Shown here one piece after another: positions 49,683 to 59,171 of a stretch of DNA of 64,000 nt. The stretch comes from Gammaproteobacteria bacterium (GTDB lineage: Bacteria; Pseudomonadota; Gammaproteobacteria; Eutrophobiales; Eutrophobiaceae): positions 352,001 through 416,000 of the forward strand of contig CBDCDS010000003.1 in assembly GCA_965215365.1 (NCBI GenBank), read 5' to 3'. The notes below the pieces were generated by a model, which worked only from the letters and a program-made list of their open reading frames with translations, was not told where the DNA came from and did not search any database. The translations under genes were made by a program, and so were the position numbers. The stretch's first letter is position 1; every line of letters starts with the position of its first letter.

Positions 49683-51059
49683 ATGGCCACCAATATCAAC
49701 GAGACGAATCAGGTCGAGGAGCAGCCGGCGACCTACAACCGCAACTTCCAGGTCATGCTGATCGCCGGCCTGGTGTTCGTCGTCATCGTCATGGTGTATG
49801 CCTCGCTGTTCCGTTCCGGGCCGGACGACCGGGAAATAGAAGCGCAGGTGCAGCGGGAGCTCAGAAAGCAGGCGGTCTCCGACCCGGAACAGGAGTTCCG
49901 CGCCCGCATCAAGAGCCAGGAGCAACGCCTGTTGCAACAACGGCAGCAGGATTTAACCGAGCAACAGGACTACATCAATGAGCAAACGGAGGCGCTGATG
50001 CAGAACAACGAACAGGTGTTGCAGGAGTTGCTGAGCGGCACTAAATCGGCACTGGAGTCCTGGGATGAAAATGAAACCGTGCGGGTGCGCCAGTCGCGAC
50101 AGGCGGATTTTGCCTTCGAATTCCTCGCCGAGGCACCGACCGCAGTACGCGACCACACAGACGCGCTAACCCCTGGTTTTCTACAGCAGGAACAGGCGGT
50201 GCTGGCGGCGTTGCGGCAGAACCTTGAACGCCAGCCCGGCCCGCTGACGGCGGGTCTGACCCTGGCGCACGACAACGACAGCTATGTACCGGATTCACAA
50301 AACGCAGGGCCGGACGCGTTGGCCTTGCTGATGAGCAATCCAAACCCGGCTCAGGCGACCCCGGAACAGCTGGGTCCGGAGCAGGCCGCATCAAGCAGCA
50401 CCCGCTACTTCAATCTGGCTGGCCATCCTGAATCAGACCTGAACGAGGTACCGGACACCGACTACGCCCTGCTGTCCATCGGCTCGGTCATGTACGCCAA
50501 GCTGGACCAGAAGATCATCTCTGACTTTGCCGGCCCCTATCGCTGCCGGATCGAACAAAACGTGCTGGACATCACCCAGCGACAGGTTTTGATTCCGGCC
50601 GGCTCGCTGTGTACCGGGGAGGTGATCCAGACCGGCTCGACCCAGCCCAACCGCATCATCAATAACCGCATGGCTTTGTCGGTGCGCTGGATAGTGCGCC
50701 CGGACGGGAGCAAGATCAAGTTTCTCAGCCAGGCCCTGGATCACGAGGGGATCGGTGCCGTGAAGGGCAGGACTGATTACCACTTTATGACCAGATTGGG
50801 CGGTGCCGCCGCGTTTGCCCTGCTGTCCAGCGAGACCGCGCGGGCGGACTACAGCAGCGGCGGCTCTGGCGCCACGTTTGAGGCGGATATCGGCCAGTCC
50901 CTGCGCGACTCCGGCGCCGAACTGGTCTCTCCCTACGCCGGCCTGATACCTACTCAAACCCTGGATTACGGCCAGAAGCTGAGACTGTTCGTCTCCGAAG
51001 ACATCTACATCAGGCCCTGGCGAACAGTCTATCAACACCTGTTGAGTCAGGCTCAATGA
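49683..51059 (+). CDS. VirB10/TrbI-like protein
   Basis: N-terminal TM; C-terminal ISDFAGP, VLIPAGS, RPDG, DHEGIGAVKG, IPT motifs. Confidence 0.85.
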   Translation: MATNINETNQVEEQPATYNRNFQVMLIAGLVFVVIVMVYASLFRSGPDDREIEAQVQRELRKQAVSDPEQEFRARIKSQEQRLLQQRQQDLTEQQDYINEQTEALMQNNEQVLQELLSGTKSALESWDENETVRVRQSRQADFAFEFLAEAPTAVRDHTDALTPGFLQQEQAVLAALRQNLERQPGPLTAGLTLAHDNDSYVPDSQNAGPDALALLMSNPNPAQATPEQLGPEQAASSSTRYFNLAGHPESDLNEVPDTDYALLSIGSVMYAKLDQKIISDFAGPYRCRIEQNVLDITQRQVLIPAGSLCTGEVIQTGSTQPNRIINNRMALSVRWIVRPDGSKIKFLSQALDHEGIGAVKGRTDYHFMTRLGGAAAFALLSSETARADYSSGGSGATFEADIGQSLRDSGAELVSPYAGLIPTQTLDYGQKLRLFVSEDIYIRPWRTVYQHLLSQAQ

Positions 51060-52063
51060 ACCACGTTCGACAAGCAGCTATGCGAGTGATTATGGCAACC
51101 TCATTCAGGACGCTACGGCGACGCGGCTTGCCGGCGCTTGTCGCCGGCCTGTTGCCACTGTTGTGTAGCGGCTGTTCTTGGCTCCAGGCCTGGCAGGACA
51201 ACTTCAAAACAACACCGGCTGGCGACGCGGCGCCGGCCGTGCCGTTACCCGTCACTGAAGTGCCGGTGCGCATGCTCTTCCCGCAGGGGACACAGACTAC
51301 GGGGGAGGCGGTGAGTTACCTGCTCGAACCTCACAACTACCATCCGGCACACCGGCATACCGACGGCAACAAAATTGCGCAGCACCGCTTCATCAACAAC
51401 TTTAGTGCCGAACCCGTGACCCTGCGCCTGGCCCTGCAGCGACTGCTGGGGCCAACCAGCCAAATCATCCTGGACCGTGGCAGCAAGCGCTATAGCTACC
51501 GACCGAAAAGCGCGGATGAACCGGGCGTAGTCCTGGCCGAACGGTCTGTGGCGACGATACCGGCGCGGACTGTCGCGCCGGCGCAACCCGCTGACCCCGA
51601 CCCGAGCACACCACACTGCCATGAAGGCGCCTGCCAGTCAGGTAGCGCGGCTGAGCCCGACACGGAGGCGCAGCAACTACCCGACCTGCCAGTCGCCGGC
51701 AGCGACCGCAACGCTGACACCGGCAGTCCGACAACCTGGCGCGTCATCGAAGCCGTTCCGGCAGCGGATGCAGCGCGGTCTGTGGAGGCCGAGGAACGCT
51801 GCCGCTCCATCCAATTCAGCAACCGGGCCATGTTATCCGCGACCGTGCGGGAATACTTTCTGAACTGCGGTTTTGACGAGGTTTCCTGGCGCCTTGGCGC
51901 GCCCGGCAGATATGCCGATTACCGCCTCACGCACAGCCTCAAGGCGCCATTGCCCGGCGGCCACCAGGACTTGATCAAACTGCTGCACGCACGCTTCGGG
52001 ATCAAGACCCTCATCCATGACAACAATCAGGTCGAATTCCATGATGAAGACAGCACACCGTAA
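51056..52063 (+). CDS. PilL-like type IVb pilus lipoprotein (TcpQ-like C-terminal region)
   Basis: Lipobox-like LCSGC; FPQGTQTTGEAVSYLL...VTLRLALQRLLG resembles ICE PilL proteins; sits before the secretin. Confidence 0.55.
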   Translation: MNHVRQAAMRVIMATSFRTLRRRGLPALVAGLLPLLCSGCSWLQAWQDNFKTTPAGDAAPAVPLPVTEVPVRMLFPQGTQTTGEAVSYLLEPHNYHPAHRHTDGNKIAQHRFINNFSAEPVTLRLALQRLLGPTSQIILDRGSKRYSYRPKSADEPGVVLAERSVATIPARTVAPAQPADPDPSTPHCHEGACQSGSAAEPDTEAQQLPDLPVAGSDRNADTGSPTTWRVIEAVPAADAARSVEAEERCRSIQFSNRAMLSATVREYFLNCGFDEVSWRLGAPGRYADYRLTHSLKAPLPGGHQDLIKLLHARFGIKTLIHDNNQVEFHDEDSTP

Positions 52064-53609
52064 ACCGGCTCGATTACTCGCCCTGTTCGGGTGCGGCAGA
52101 CCTGCGCTGCTGCTGACCCTGTTGGTCGTGTCAGCCTGTAGCGAAAATATCAGGCAGCGGGAACAGGAATTCGACGACGCCCGGGAGCGCCACCGCCAGA
52201 TTTTGGCAGAACAGCAAACCCTGCGCGCGATTAACACCCGCGCGCAACGGGTGGATGTACCCCGCGAACAGGCCTGGCTATACCGGCCGTACCGCGCCAC
52301 CTACAGCAACCAGAGTCTGCGCGCAACCCTCAAGCGTCTGACGCCGGGTTATCCGGTCGCCTACGCGTTGCCGGACTCGTACAACCCGCCGGTCAGTTCC
52401 ACCCCGCTGGCGGTGACCGTGCAAGACCACTTGCAAGCCATCAGCCTGCAAGCCAACGTGGGTTACGAATTCCGCCAGGGTATTTTGCTGATTACACCCA
52501 TGATCACCCGGGAGTATGAGGTGCCCCTGTACGGCGGCGGCAACAACATCATCAACGTCAGCAGCAACAACCTGGGCCGGGAGCAGAACAAGGCCAGTGG
52601 CTATGAAAACAACATCAGCAGCCAGTTGTCCGCGGAGAACGATATTCATCAACTGGTGAACACGGTGCTGGGCATTCGTTACTGTGAACAGGACCGCGGC
52701 GCCGCGGACGACCTTGCCAAGGACTTGGACACCCATACCTGGAACGACCAGGAATGCTACAGCATCAGTGCCACCGGCAACCTGCTTGCCATCACCGCGC
52801 GCCCACAGCGCATTGTGCTGTTCGATAAAGCCTACCGCAAGTGGCTGCAAACCGTCACTCGGCAGGCTAATATCAAGATCACCGTGGTGCGCCTGGATGT
52901 CACCGATCTGGCGCAACAGCACGTGGATTTGTCCGTGGTGCGCAATGCCAGCATCGCCGCCAACCTCAGCAACCTGACGCAAAACCTGAGCGGCGCCCGG
53001 GTCAATACCGGCGGCGGTGTATTCAGCCTTAAAATCGACGACCGCAACAGCCGCTGGAATTCATCGGAACTGATACTCCGGGCGCTGGCGCAGGTCGGCA
53101 ATATCTCCATCGACGACAGCAAGGAAATACTGGTCTATAACAACCGTCTGGTGACCCTCCGCAACTACCGCGTGCACCGCTATGTGGAGCGCACCAGCAT
53201 CCAGCAGACCGATGCCGGCGGCACCAGCCTGTCCACGCCCACCGTGGAAATCGGCGAACTGGAAACCGGGCAGGCGATCAACATTCTGCCGACCCTGACC
53301 GATAACCTGATTGCCCTGCATGTTGTCATCAATGAGGCTCAGATCGACACCATGGACACCTACCAGATTGCCGGCACCTCCGGCGTGTTGCCGCTCAGTT
53401 CCGGCAACGACAACATCTTTGACGTGAGCATTGAAGACGGCGAGACGGTGTTGCTGGCCTCCACCCACCGGGAAGAAGTGGAAGTGAAAACCGACCGCTC
53501 CGGGCTGCTGCCGGTGTGGCCGTTCAGCCGCCTGACCGGCAATTCTGCAGCCGGCGGCAAGCGCCTGACACAAACGCTGTTCCTGATCCAGGGGAGCTTC
53601 CGGTCATGA
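52041..53609 (+). CDS. PilN/BfpB-type lipoprotein secretin
   Basis: Lipobox VVSAC; TREYEV, ITARP, LRALAQVGNI, LETGQAINILP, IEDGETVLL secretin-like segments. Confidence 0.8.
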   Translation: MMKTAHRKPARLLALFGCGRPALLLTLLVVSACSENIRQREQEFDDARERHRQILAEQQTLRAINTRAQRVDVPREQAWLYRPYRATYSNQSLRATLKRLTPGYPVAYALPDSYNPPVSSTPLAVTVQDHLQAISLQANVGYEFRQGILLITPMITREYEVPLYGGGNNIINVSSNNLGREQNKASGYENNISSQLSAENDIHQLVNTVLGIRYCEQDRGAADDLAKDLDTHTWNDQECYSISATGNLLAITARPQRIVLFDKAYRKWLQTVTRQANIKITVVRLDVTDLAQQHVDLSVVRNASIAANLSNLTQNLSGARVNTGGGVFSLKIDDRNSRWNSSELILRALAQVGNISIDDSKEILVYNNRLVTLRNYRVHRYVERTSIQQTDAGGTSLSTPTVEIGELETGQAINILPTLTDNLIALHVVINEAQIDTMDTYQIAGTSGVLPLSSGNDNIFDVSIEDGETVLLASTHREEVEVKTDRSGLLPVWPFSRLTGNSAAGGKRLTQTLFLIQGSFRS

Positions 53610-54778
53610 TCGAGACTGTCACCCTGGGCACGCGTGACCTCGACCTGTGCCTGAACGCAGACAGCCGCACGCTGCCGGAGGAGCATCGCGGCTGGCTGTA
53701 CGTGAATAAACGCCTGGGCGCGCTGAAGAAAAAATACTACCTGGAATCCGAGGGTTTCATTTTTTTCGATGACGGCCAGGCTATTTCCATCGCCGCGCAG
53801 CTGGTGCAGTGGATTCATACGGATATACGTCCCGGTCGGCATTATATTTTCCTGCCGTTCGACAACACCGTCTATCTGGCGACGATACGGGTGCAGGCGG
53901 ATTATATCCTGGTGGAAAAAGAAGACCTGTTGCCGTTTGAAGACTGCATCGAACTCATTAAAAACAACCCGCTGGAGTGTCAGGTCGCAGCGCTGGGCGA
54001 GCTCAGCAAGGCCTTCACCCAACACCATATCGCGCTCAAGGATTTGTATATCAATCTTGAACCGGGCACGCGTAACCCCTACCTGCTGCGCCGCGGTTAC
54101 AGCCTGCCGGAACTGCTGCTGCTGACGCTTGCGCCGACCCTGGTTGCCGGGCTGCTGTACCTGTTCATCACCAACATGGAGACGCCGCAGCTACCGCACC
54201 CGGCAGCGCCGCCACCACCGCCCAAACCGGAAAGCGCCCGGCAGCTCGACGAAGACCTCGATGCCCTGGCCGCCCTGCTCACGGACTTCTCGGTATTGTT
54301 GGCCTATCAGCTGGAAACCGTCAACGTCAAAAAAGCCGGCGGCGGCTACCAGCTGCGCGCCGCCGGCAGTTATGTGCAGTCTTTTTCACTACAACGCCTG
54401 CATAGCCTTGCAGAACGCCTGCACGGCCGGTTTTCCGTGCAACAAGGCAGGTGGACCTTAACTTCTTCCCGCTTCCGCCCGCTCGCAGGAGAAACCGGGG
54501 ATTTGGTTCCCCTGGCAAGCAGCTTTGAGCACTACCGGCAATTTGCCCAAGCCAACAATGCCCGCTTCACCATTGTCAGCGTCAACCGTAAGCATGATGC
54601 CGCGCAAGGTGTGGTGCGCATCAATCACGAGCATCCCGCGCCCGCCACCCTGAGTCGATGGGCCCGACAATTACGGCAGTCAGCGCTGCACGGCCACCTG
54701 CAAGAGGCCACTCTGAGCGCCCGCCGGCATGCAGGGTGGGATAGCGTCAACATCGTCATCGAAATAACCGGAACCTGA
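53606..54778 (+). CDS. PilO-like pilus accessory membrane protein (hypothetical)
   Basis: ATGA overlap; single central TM followed by a Pro-rich linker; position after the secretin as in pilNOP. Confidence 0.45.
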   Translation: MIETVTLGTRDLDLCLNADSRTLPEEHRGWLYVNKRLGALKKKYYLESEGFIFFDDGQAISIAAQLVQWIHTDIRPGRHYIFLPFDNTVYLATIRVQADYILVEKEDLLPFEDCIELIKNNPLECQVAALGELSKAFTQHHIALKDLYINLEPGTRNPYLLRRGYSLPELLLLTLAPTLVAGLLYLFITNMETPQLPHPAAPPPPPKPESARQLDEDLDALAALLTDFSVLLAYQLETVNVKKAGGGYQLRAAGSYVQSFSLQRLHSLAERLHGRFSVQQGRWTLTSSRFRPLAGETGDLVPLASSFEHYRQFAQANNARFTIVSVNRKHDAAQGVVRINHEHPAPATLSRWARQLRQSALHGHLQEATLSARRHAGWDSVNIVIEITGT

Positions 54779-54779
54779 G

Positions 54780-55586
54780 ATGAAATACCTGATTTTCCTG
54801 CTGTTCATAGTCGGCGGCGCGCAGCCGGTCAGCGCCGAAGCAGACCAACCTGAGGCTGGCATCGAGCCGGCAACGCAGCCGGCGCCAGTGGGACAACCGG
54901 CGGTGCCGCCGCCGACCGCCCCTATCGACGCGCCGACTGCACCGGCAGCCGCCGCTGTTGACGGGCCGACCACAGCGGCGACCGGCGGCACCGACGGGCC
55001 GACCACACCGGCAGCCGCAAACCCGGCCACCTCGCCGCCGCCGGCTGCGGCAGACGGCTCCTGCCGGCATTGCCAGCCGGCTGAACAACTGGTGGTGGAC
55101 CTCATTTTCTACAAGCAAATCCTGGACCTGCTGGGGGAGATAGACCGGCAGCGGGCACAGATCAATACCGGCTTGTTGCGCGCCACCCACGCCGAACTGG
55201 TCAAGCTCAGACCCGAGCTGGCGGCCTTGTTAAAAACAGACAAAGCGCCGGTGCCAGCCCCGGCTCCGGTCGCGGCAAAGCCGCGCCCTGCCAAAAAGCC
55301 GGCGCCACCCAAGCCCAGGCCTAAGCCGGCGTCGCAAGGCATAGACGGTCTGGTAGTCGGGCATGTCAACGGCGCCAACCGGGAGTTGGGGCTCGCGGCC
55401 AGCGTGGTGCTAGTCAGCAACGGCCGGCCTCGTTCCTTGAATCTGGACGGCGTCATCGAGCATAACCGGCGCAAGTTCCGGATCATCAAGGTGGATTATG
55501 TCGAAGACCGGCGCGCCGGCAACCGGCATGAGGTGCATCTGCAGGACCAGGTCAGTAAGCAGGTTTACGTGGTGCCGTGGCAATGA
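54780..55586 (+). CDS. PilP-like periplasmic protein (hypothetical)
   Basis: Signal peptide, P/A-rich region, helix, C-terminal beta domain; between pilO-like and the ATPase. Confidence 0.45.
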   Translation: MKYLIFLLFIVGGAQPVSAEADQPEAGIEPATQPAPVGQPAVPPPTAPIDAPTAPAAAAVDGPTTAATGGTDGPTTPAAANPATSPPPAAADGSCRHCQPAEQLVVDLIFYKQILDLLGEIDRQRAQINTGLLRATHAELVKLRPELAALLKTDKAPVPAPAPVAAKPRPAKKPAPPKPRPKPASQGIDGLVVGHVNGANRELGLAASVVLVSNGRPRSLNLDGVIEHNRRKFRIIKVDYVEDRRAGNRHEVHLQDQVSKQVYVVPWQ

Positions 55587-55631
55587 TCCCTGGGCAATAA
55601 TCCCTAGGCAATAATCCTTGGGCAATGATCT
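55579..55631. repeat. 14-bp tandem repeat (~3.8 copies)
   Basis: GGCAATGATCCCTG / GGCAATAATCCCTA / GGCAATAATCCTTG / GGCAATGATCT. Confidence 0.9.
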
Positions 55632-57239
55632 ATGTTTAAGACCCTCAAAAAACAGCATAAGGCGCCGCCGTTACCGTCTTTTGCACAGGCGCAGGCGGAG
55701 AATAGGGTGTGCGAGACGCCGCTGATCACCAAGTACGAGGAACTGGAAAACATCCAGCCTACGACCAACGCCGATATCCTCACCGAGACCCGGAAAATGA
55801 ACGGCGCCTGCCCCGGCTTTATTGCCGAGGACCAGCAGCTGTATTGTATTGACCGCAGCGACCTGAACAGACACGAGGCACTGGCGCTGAACCAGTTGAT
55901 CAACCTGGGCCGGGACGCATTGCAGCAGGAGCCGGTGATCCGCCAAACCACCCGCTCGGTATTCGAATCCTGGATGAACAGGAACCAGGAACTGTCCCTG
56001 CAACAGCAAACCCGGGAAAGCTCCAATCAGGTCAACGAGTTGCTGGTGCAGGCCATTAACAACCAGGCCACGGATATCCATCTGGAAATCAAGCATAACA
56101 GGACTACCGTCTATCAACGCATCTATGGCCAGCTGGCAACCAGCCAGTCATTCGACCAGAGCCAGGGTATCAAGATCATCGCCGCGATCTGGAATATTTA
56201 CGTGAACCAGCCGTTCAGCAACGGCGATGTGGCCAAGGACGGGCGCTTTAATTTCGATTACAACGGGCAGAAATGGTTGTGCCGGGTGTCCTACGGGTAT
56301 TCCAAGGTGACCGACGAGCGCAGTCTGGCGATCCGCCTGCGGGACATGAAATACATCCCCGAGCTCAGTGCCCTGGGCTACCACGACACCCAACTGCAAA
56401 CCCTGAAACAGGTGGCCGCCAACAAAGGCATCACCTTGATCATCGGTGCGGTCAACTCCGGCAAGTCCACCACTCAGACTGCCATTATGAAAACCCGACC
56501 GGCGCTGGAGAAAAACCTGGAGATCTCCGACCAGATCGAGGTGGAACTGGACAACTTTGTGCAAATCCAGTTGCCGATCGAAGGCACTGATGACATTATC
56601 CGGGACAACAAGGAACGGCTGCGGCGTATCTCCACCCGCCACGATGTCGATTTCATCGCCATCAACGAAATCCGCGACAAGGAAACCGCGGTCATGGCTT
56701 CCTCCATGATGTTGCAGGGTACCACGGGCATCGCCTCCATCCACGGTTCCGGCTGGGTGGACGCCATCAACCGGCTGGTATCGAAGGCCGACCTCGGCAT
56801 CAGCCCCGACATTCTGTTTTCCGAATCCTTTTTAAGCCTGATCATCGTCCAGTCCCTCATCGGCGTGCTCTGCGATCGGTGCAAACTGGCACAACATTCC
56901 GACCCGTTCTGGCAGGACTATTACCGCGCCGGGTTCGGCGCCGCCGGCCAATATATCCGCTTTCAAAACAGGTACGGTTGCAGCACCTGCCGGCATACCG
57001 GTATCGGCAGTCTTACCCTGGTGGCCGAGTGCATCCCGATCATCGAGGGTAACAGGCACTTACTGAAAGATACCACCAATCCGCAGGCCATGCGCGACTG
57101 GATGCAGGCCAACGGCGTCCTGAACATCCACCAGCACGCCTGCTCGAAGATACTCAACGGCGAGCTGGACCCGTTACTCACCCAGCGCAAGATAGGCAAT
57201 TTCAACAAAGGGAACCTGTACGATGCCTGGCATAACTGA
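55632..57239 (+). CDS. GspE/PilB/PilQ-family pilus assembly ATPase
   Basis: ATDIHLE, LAIRL, Walker A GAVNSGKSTT, NEIRD, SIHG, tetracysteine CDRC...GCSTC. Confidence 0.9.
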   Translation: MFKTLKKQHKAPPLPSFAQAQAENRVCETPLITKYEELENIQPTTNADILTETRKMNGACPGFIAEDQQLYCIDRSDLNRHEALALNQLINLGRDALQQEPVIRQTTRSVFESWMNRNQELSLQQQTRESSNQVNELLVQAINNQATDIHLEIKHNRTTVYQRIYGQLATSQSFDQSQGIKIIAAIWNIYVNQPFSNGDVAKDGRFNFDYNGQKWLCRVSYGYSKVTDERSLAIRLRDMKYIPELSALGYHDTQLQTLKQVAANKGITLIIGAVNSGKSTTQTAIMKTRPALEKNLEISDQIEVELDNFVQIQLPIEGTDDIIRDNKERLRRISTRHDVDFIAINEIRDKETAVMASSMMLQGTTGIASIHGSGWVDAINRLVSKADLGISPDILFSESFLSLIIVQSLIGVLCDRCKLAQHSDPFWQDYYRAGFGAAGQYIRFQNRYGCSTCRHTGIGSLTLVAECIPIIEGNRHLLKDTTNPQAMRDWMQANGVLNIHQHACSKILNGELDPLLTQRKIGNFNKGNLYDAWHN

Positions 57240-58257
57240 ACTGCTGCGGCTGCACCCGCTCAAATCGCTCTACTTGCGCACCCTGCTGTTCAACAGCGAG
57301 ACCCGCGCGTATTTCTACGCCACCTTGCGGGAATATCTGAGCAGCCATTTCCCTCTGCTCGGGATCTTCGATCAGCTGCAGCAGCACGGCAATAACGCGG
57401 CCATTCTGGCAATCGCCCGGCTCAGCAAACGCGCGATTCGCAATAACCAACCATTCGCCACCCATTACCACGCGACCGGGCTGTTCACCGAGCAGGAAAG
57501 CAAACTGTTGATGCTGGGAGAACGCTACGACTGCATGGATACCGTTACCGGGTTGTTACTGGACCAGGATGAACAGGCGCCGGCCCTGCTGCAAATCCTC
57601 TCTGGCAGCGTCCAGTGGATCTTTATGAGCCTGATCATGACCGCCATGTCCATTTACACGCTGCCGTACCTGAAGAATTATACCAGTGGCTATACGCTGT
57701 TCTTTGATTACGTCAACTTTGCCAAATCTTGGTGGCCGCAGCTGGCGGCGCTGGCGCTGATTGCATTCGTCCTCTACCACTGGTGCATGTTGCGCCTGAC
57801 CGGGCCGTTGCGCAAGGCGTTGATGGCCTGTGGCTGTTTCCAGGTTCATGCCATGTTGACTGAGCGGCGTTTCCTGAAAATCGGCGGCGCCCTGATCGCC
57901 ACGCGCCTGCCGCCCGCCGAGTACCTGCGCCTGATGCAAACCACGTTTTCCCGGCAGCGGTTACTGGAGCAGGCGCTACAGCACAGCAGGACGCGCCTGA
58001 AAGAGGCCTCCCTGTTGCAAGTACTGGGAGACATCCTGTCGCCATATACCTACACCCAGGTCCTGGCTTGTACGCCCAACCAGACCCAGGACGAGATCGC
58101 CAGAGGCTTCAACATGGCGGCCCGCATGCTGGATCTGAAACTGAAGCGCGTCATCAAGGCCTGGCAGAGTTTCTACACGATGCTGTTTTTGTCCGGCAGC
58201 ATCGCCATCACCATCCCGTTTGCCCTGGTGTCCATGGGTATGGGAATTCAACTGTAA
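57223..58257 (+). CDS. GspF/PilR-like inner membrane platform protein
   Basis: RAYFYATL, LGE motif, three TM segments; follows the ATPase as in pilQR. Confidence 0.65.
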   Translation: MPGITELLRLHPLKSLYLRTLLFNSETRAYFYATLREYLSSHFPLLGIFDQLQQHGNNAAILAIARLSKRAIRNNQPFATHYHATGLFTEQESKLLMLGERYDCMDTVTGLLLDQDEQAPALLQILSGSVQWIFMSLIMTAMSIYTLPYLKNYTSGYTLFFDYVNFAKSWWPQLAALALIAFVLYHWCMLRLTGPLRKALMACGCFQVHAMLTERRFLKIGGALIATRLPPAEYLRLMQTTFSRQRLLEQALQHSRTRLKEASLLQVLGDILSPYTYTQVLACTPNQTQDEIARGFNMAARMLDLKLKRVIKAWQSFYTMLFLSGSIAITIPFALVSMGMGIQL

Positions 58258-58271
58258 CGGAGGAAAAAACC

Positions 58272-58715
58272 ATGAATCAAGTCGCAATCGTGTTCGGGCT
58301 TATTATCACCAGCGTCGTCGGTTTCGGCGCCTACACTGCGCTGGCGCCACTGGTCACCCAGTCAGAGAACCGCAATATGGAGGCGGAAATCGCCAATATC
58401 ATCAACGCCGCCTCAGAGTATCGCTGGGTGAATCGTAACGACAGCGGTCTGGCAAGCGCCACCTTTACGGCCTTGGTAACTAACGGTTATCTGGATTCCG
58501 AGTTGTATGAGGACGGTGACGATGAAAGCGTGATTGAAACGGACATCACCGCCTCGCCCGGCGCCGGAACTCCGACTGTCACCTACGATGCCGGAGATGC
58601 GCAAAGTTGCAACTGGTTGCTGCAACGGGCGAAGGCCGGCAAGTGGGCCAAGGTGGATGCTGAGTCGGCCACCACCGCCTGCTCCACCAGCGTCATCACC
58701 GTAGTCATCAAATAA
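58272..58715 (+). CDS. Putative major type IV pilin-like protein without class III leader
   Basis: GGAGGA RBS; hydrophobic N-terminal helix, then amphipathic helix (EIANIINAASEY), LVTNGYL, C-terminal Cys pair; follows pilR-like. Confidence 0.65.
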   Translation: MNQVAIVFGLIITSVVGFGAYTALAPLVTQSENRNMEAEIANIINAASEYRWVNRNDSGLASATFTALVTNGYLDSELYEDGDDESVIETDITASPGAGTPTVTYDAGDAQSCNWLLQRAKAGKWAKVDAESATTACSTSVITVVIK

Positions 58716-58718
58716 GCC

Positions 58719-59171
58719 ATGCCGGCCGTCTTCTATCAGGTGGCGCTGTCGCTGGCCGTTGTTGCGGGGTTGGTGACGTTGCTGCAACCGCACCGGCACA
58801 CACAGGCCCGGATGCAGACCTTGCAGGCCGTGCAGCGCGCCGGTATTGATTATATCGGCGCGCACTGCCAGGCCCTGCCGGGGAGCATCACCCAGGCTAT
58901 GTTGCAGGCTGCGGGCAACCTGCCCGACCACTTCGACAGCCACGGCGCCACGTTTACCTGGCGCACGGCAGAGCATCCGGTAGTCACTGTCAACGTCAGC
59001 GGCGCGGCCGACTATCTGGCCTTCCTGCCCCGGCACACGCTGGGCGGGTTCGAGGCGGACGGCGCTTACACCTTCATCCCGCACTATGACGCCACCGGAT
59101 TGCGCGCCGCCAACAACGGCTACAACCTGTTTGCTTATGCCGGCAACGACTTTTCCTGTAACCCATTATGA
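58719..59171 (+). CDS. Minor pilin-like protein resembling the PilV N-terminal part
   Basis: N-terminal TM; VQRAGIDYIG...SITQAMLQAAGNLPDHF resembles PilV-type pilin domains. Confidence 0.5.
   Translation: MPAVFYQVALSLAVVAGLVTLLQPHRHTQARMQTLQAVQRAGIDYIGAHCQALPGSITQAMLQAAGNLPDHFDSHGATFTWRTAEHPVVTVNVSGAADYLAFLPRHTLGGFEADGAYTFIPHYDATGLRAANNGYNLFAYAGNDFSCNPL

Noticed and set aside
55579-55631. Possible mini-CRISPR array
   Set aside because: The 14-bp units are contiguous with no spacers, and no cas genes are in the window; it is a plain tandem repeat.
58068-58271. Upstream extension that could provide a pilin leader peptide
   Set aside because: It lies inside the pilR-like gene in another frame, has no Gly cleavage motif next to the hydrophobic helix, and a strong RBS precedes ATG 58272.
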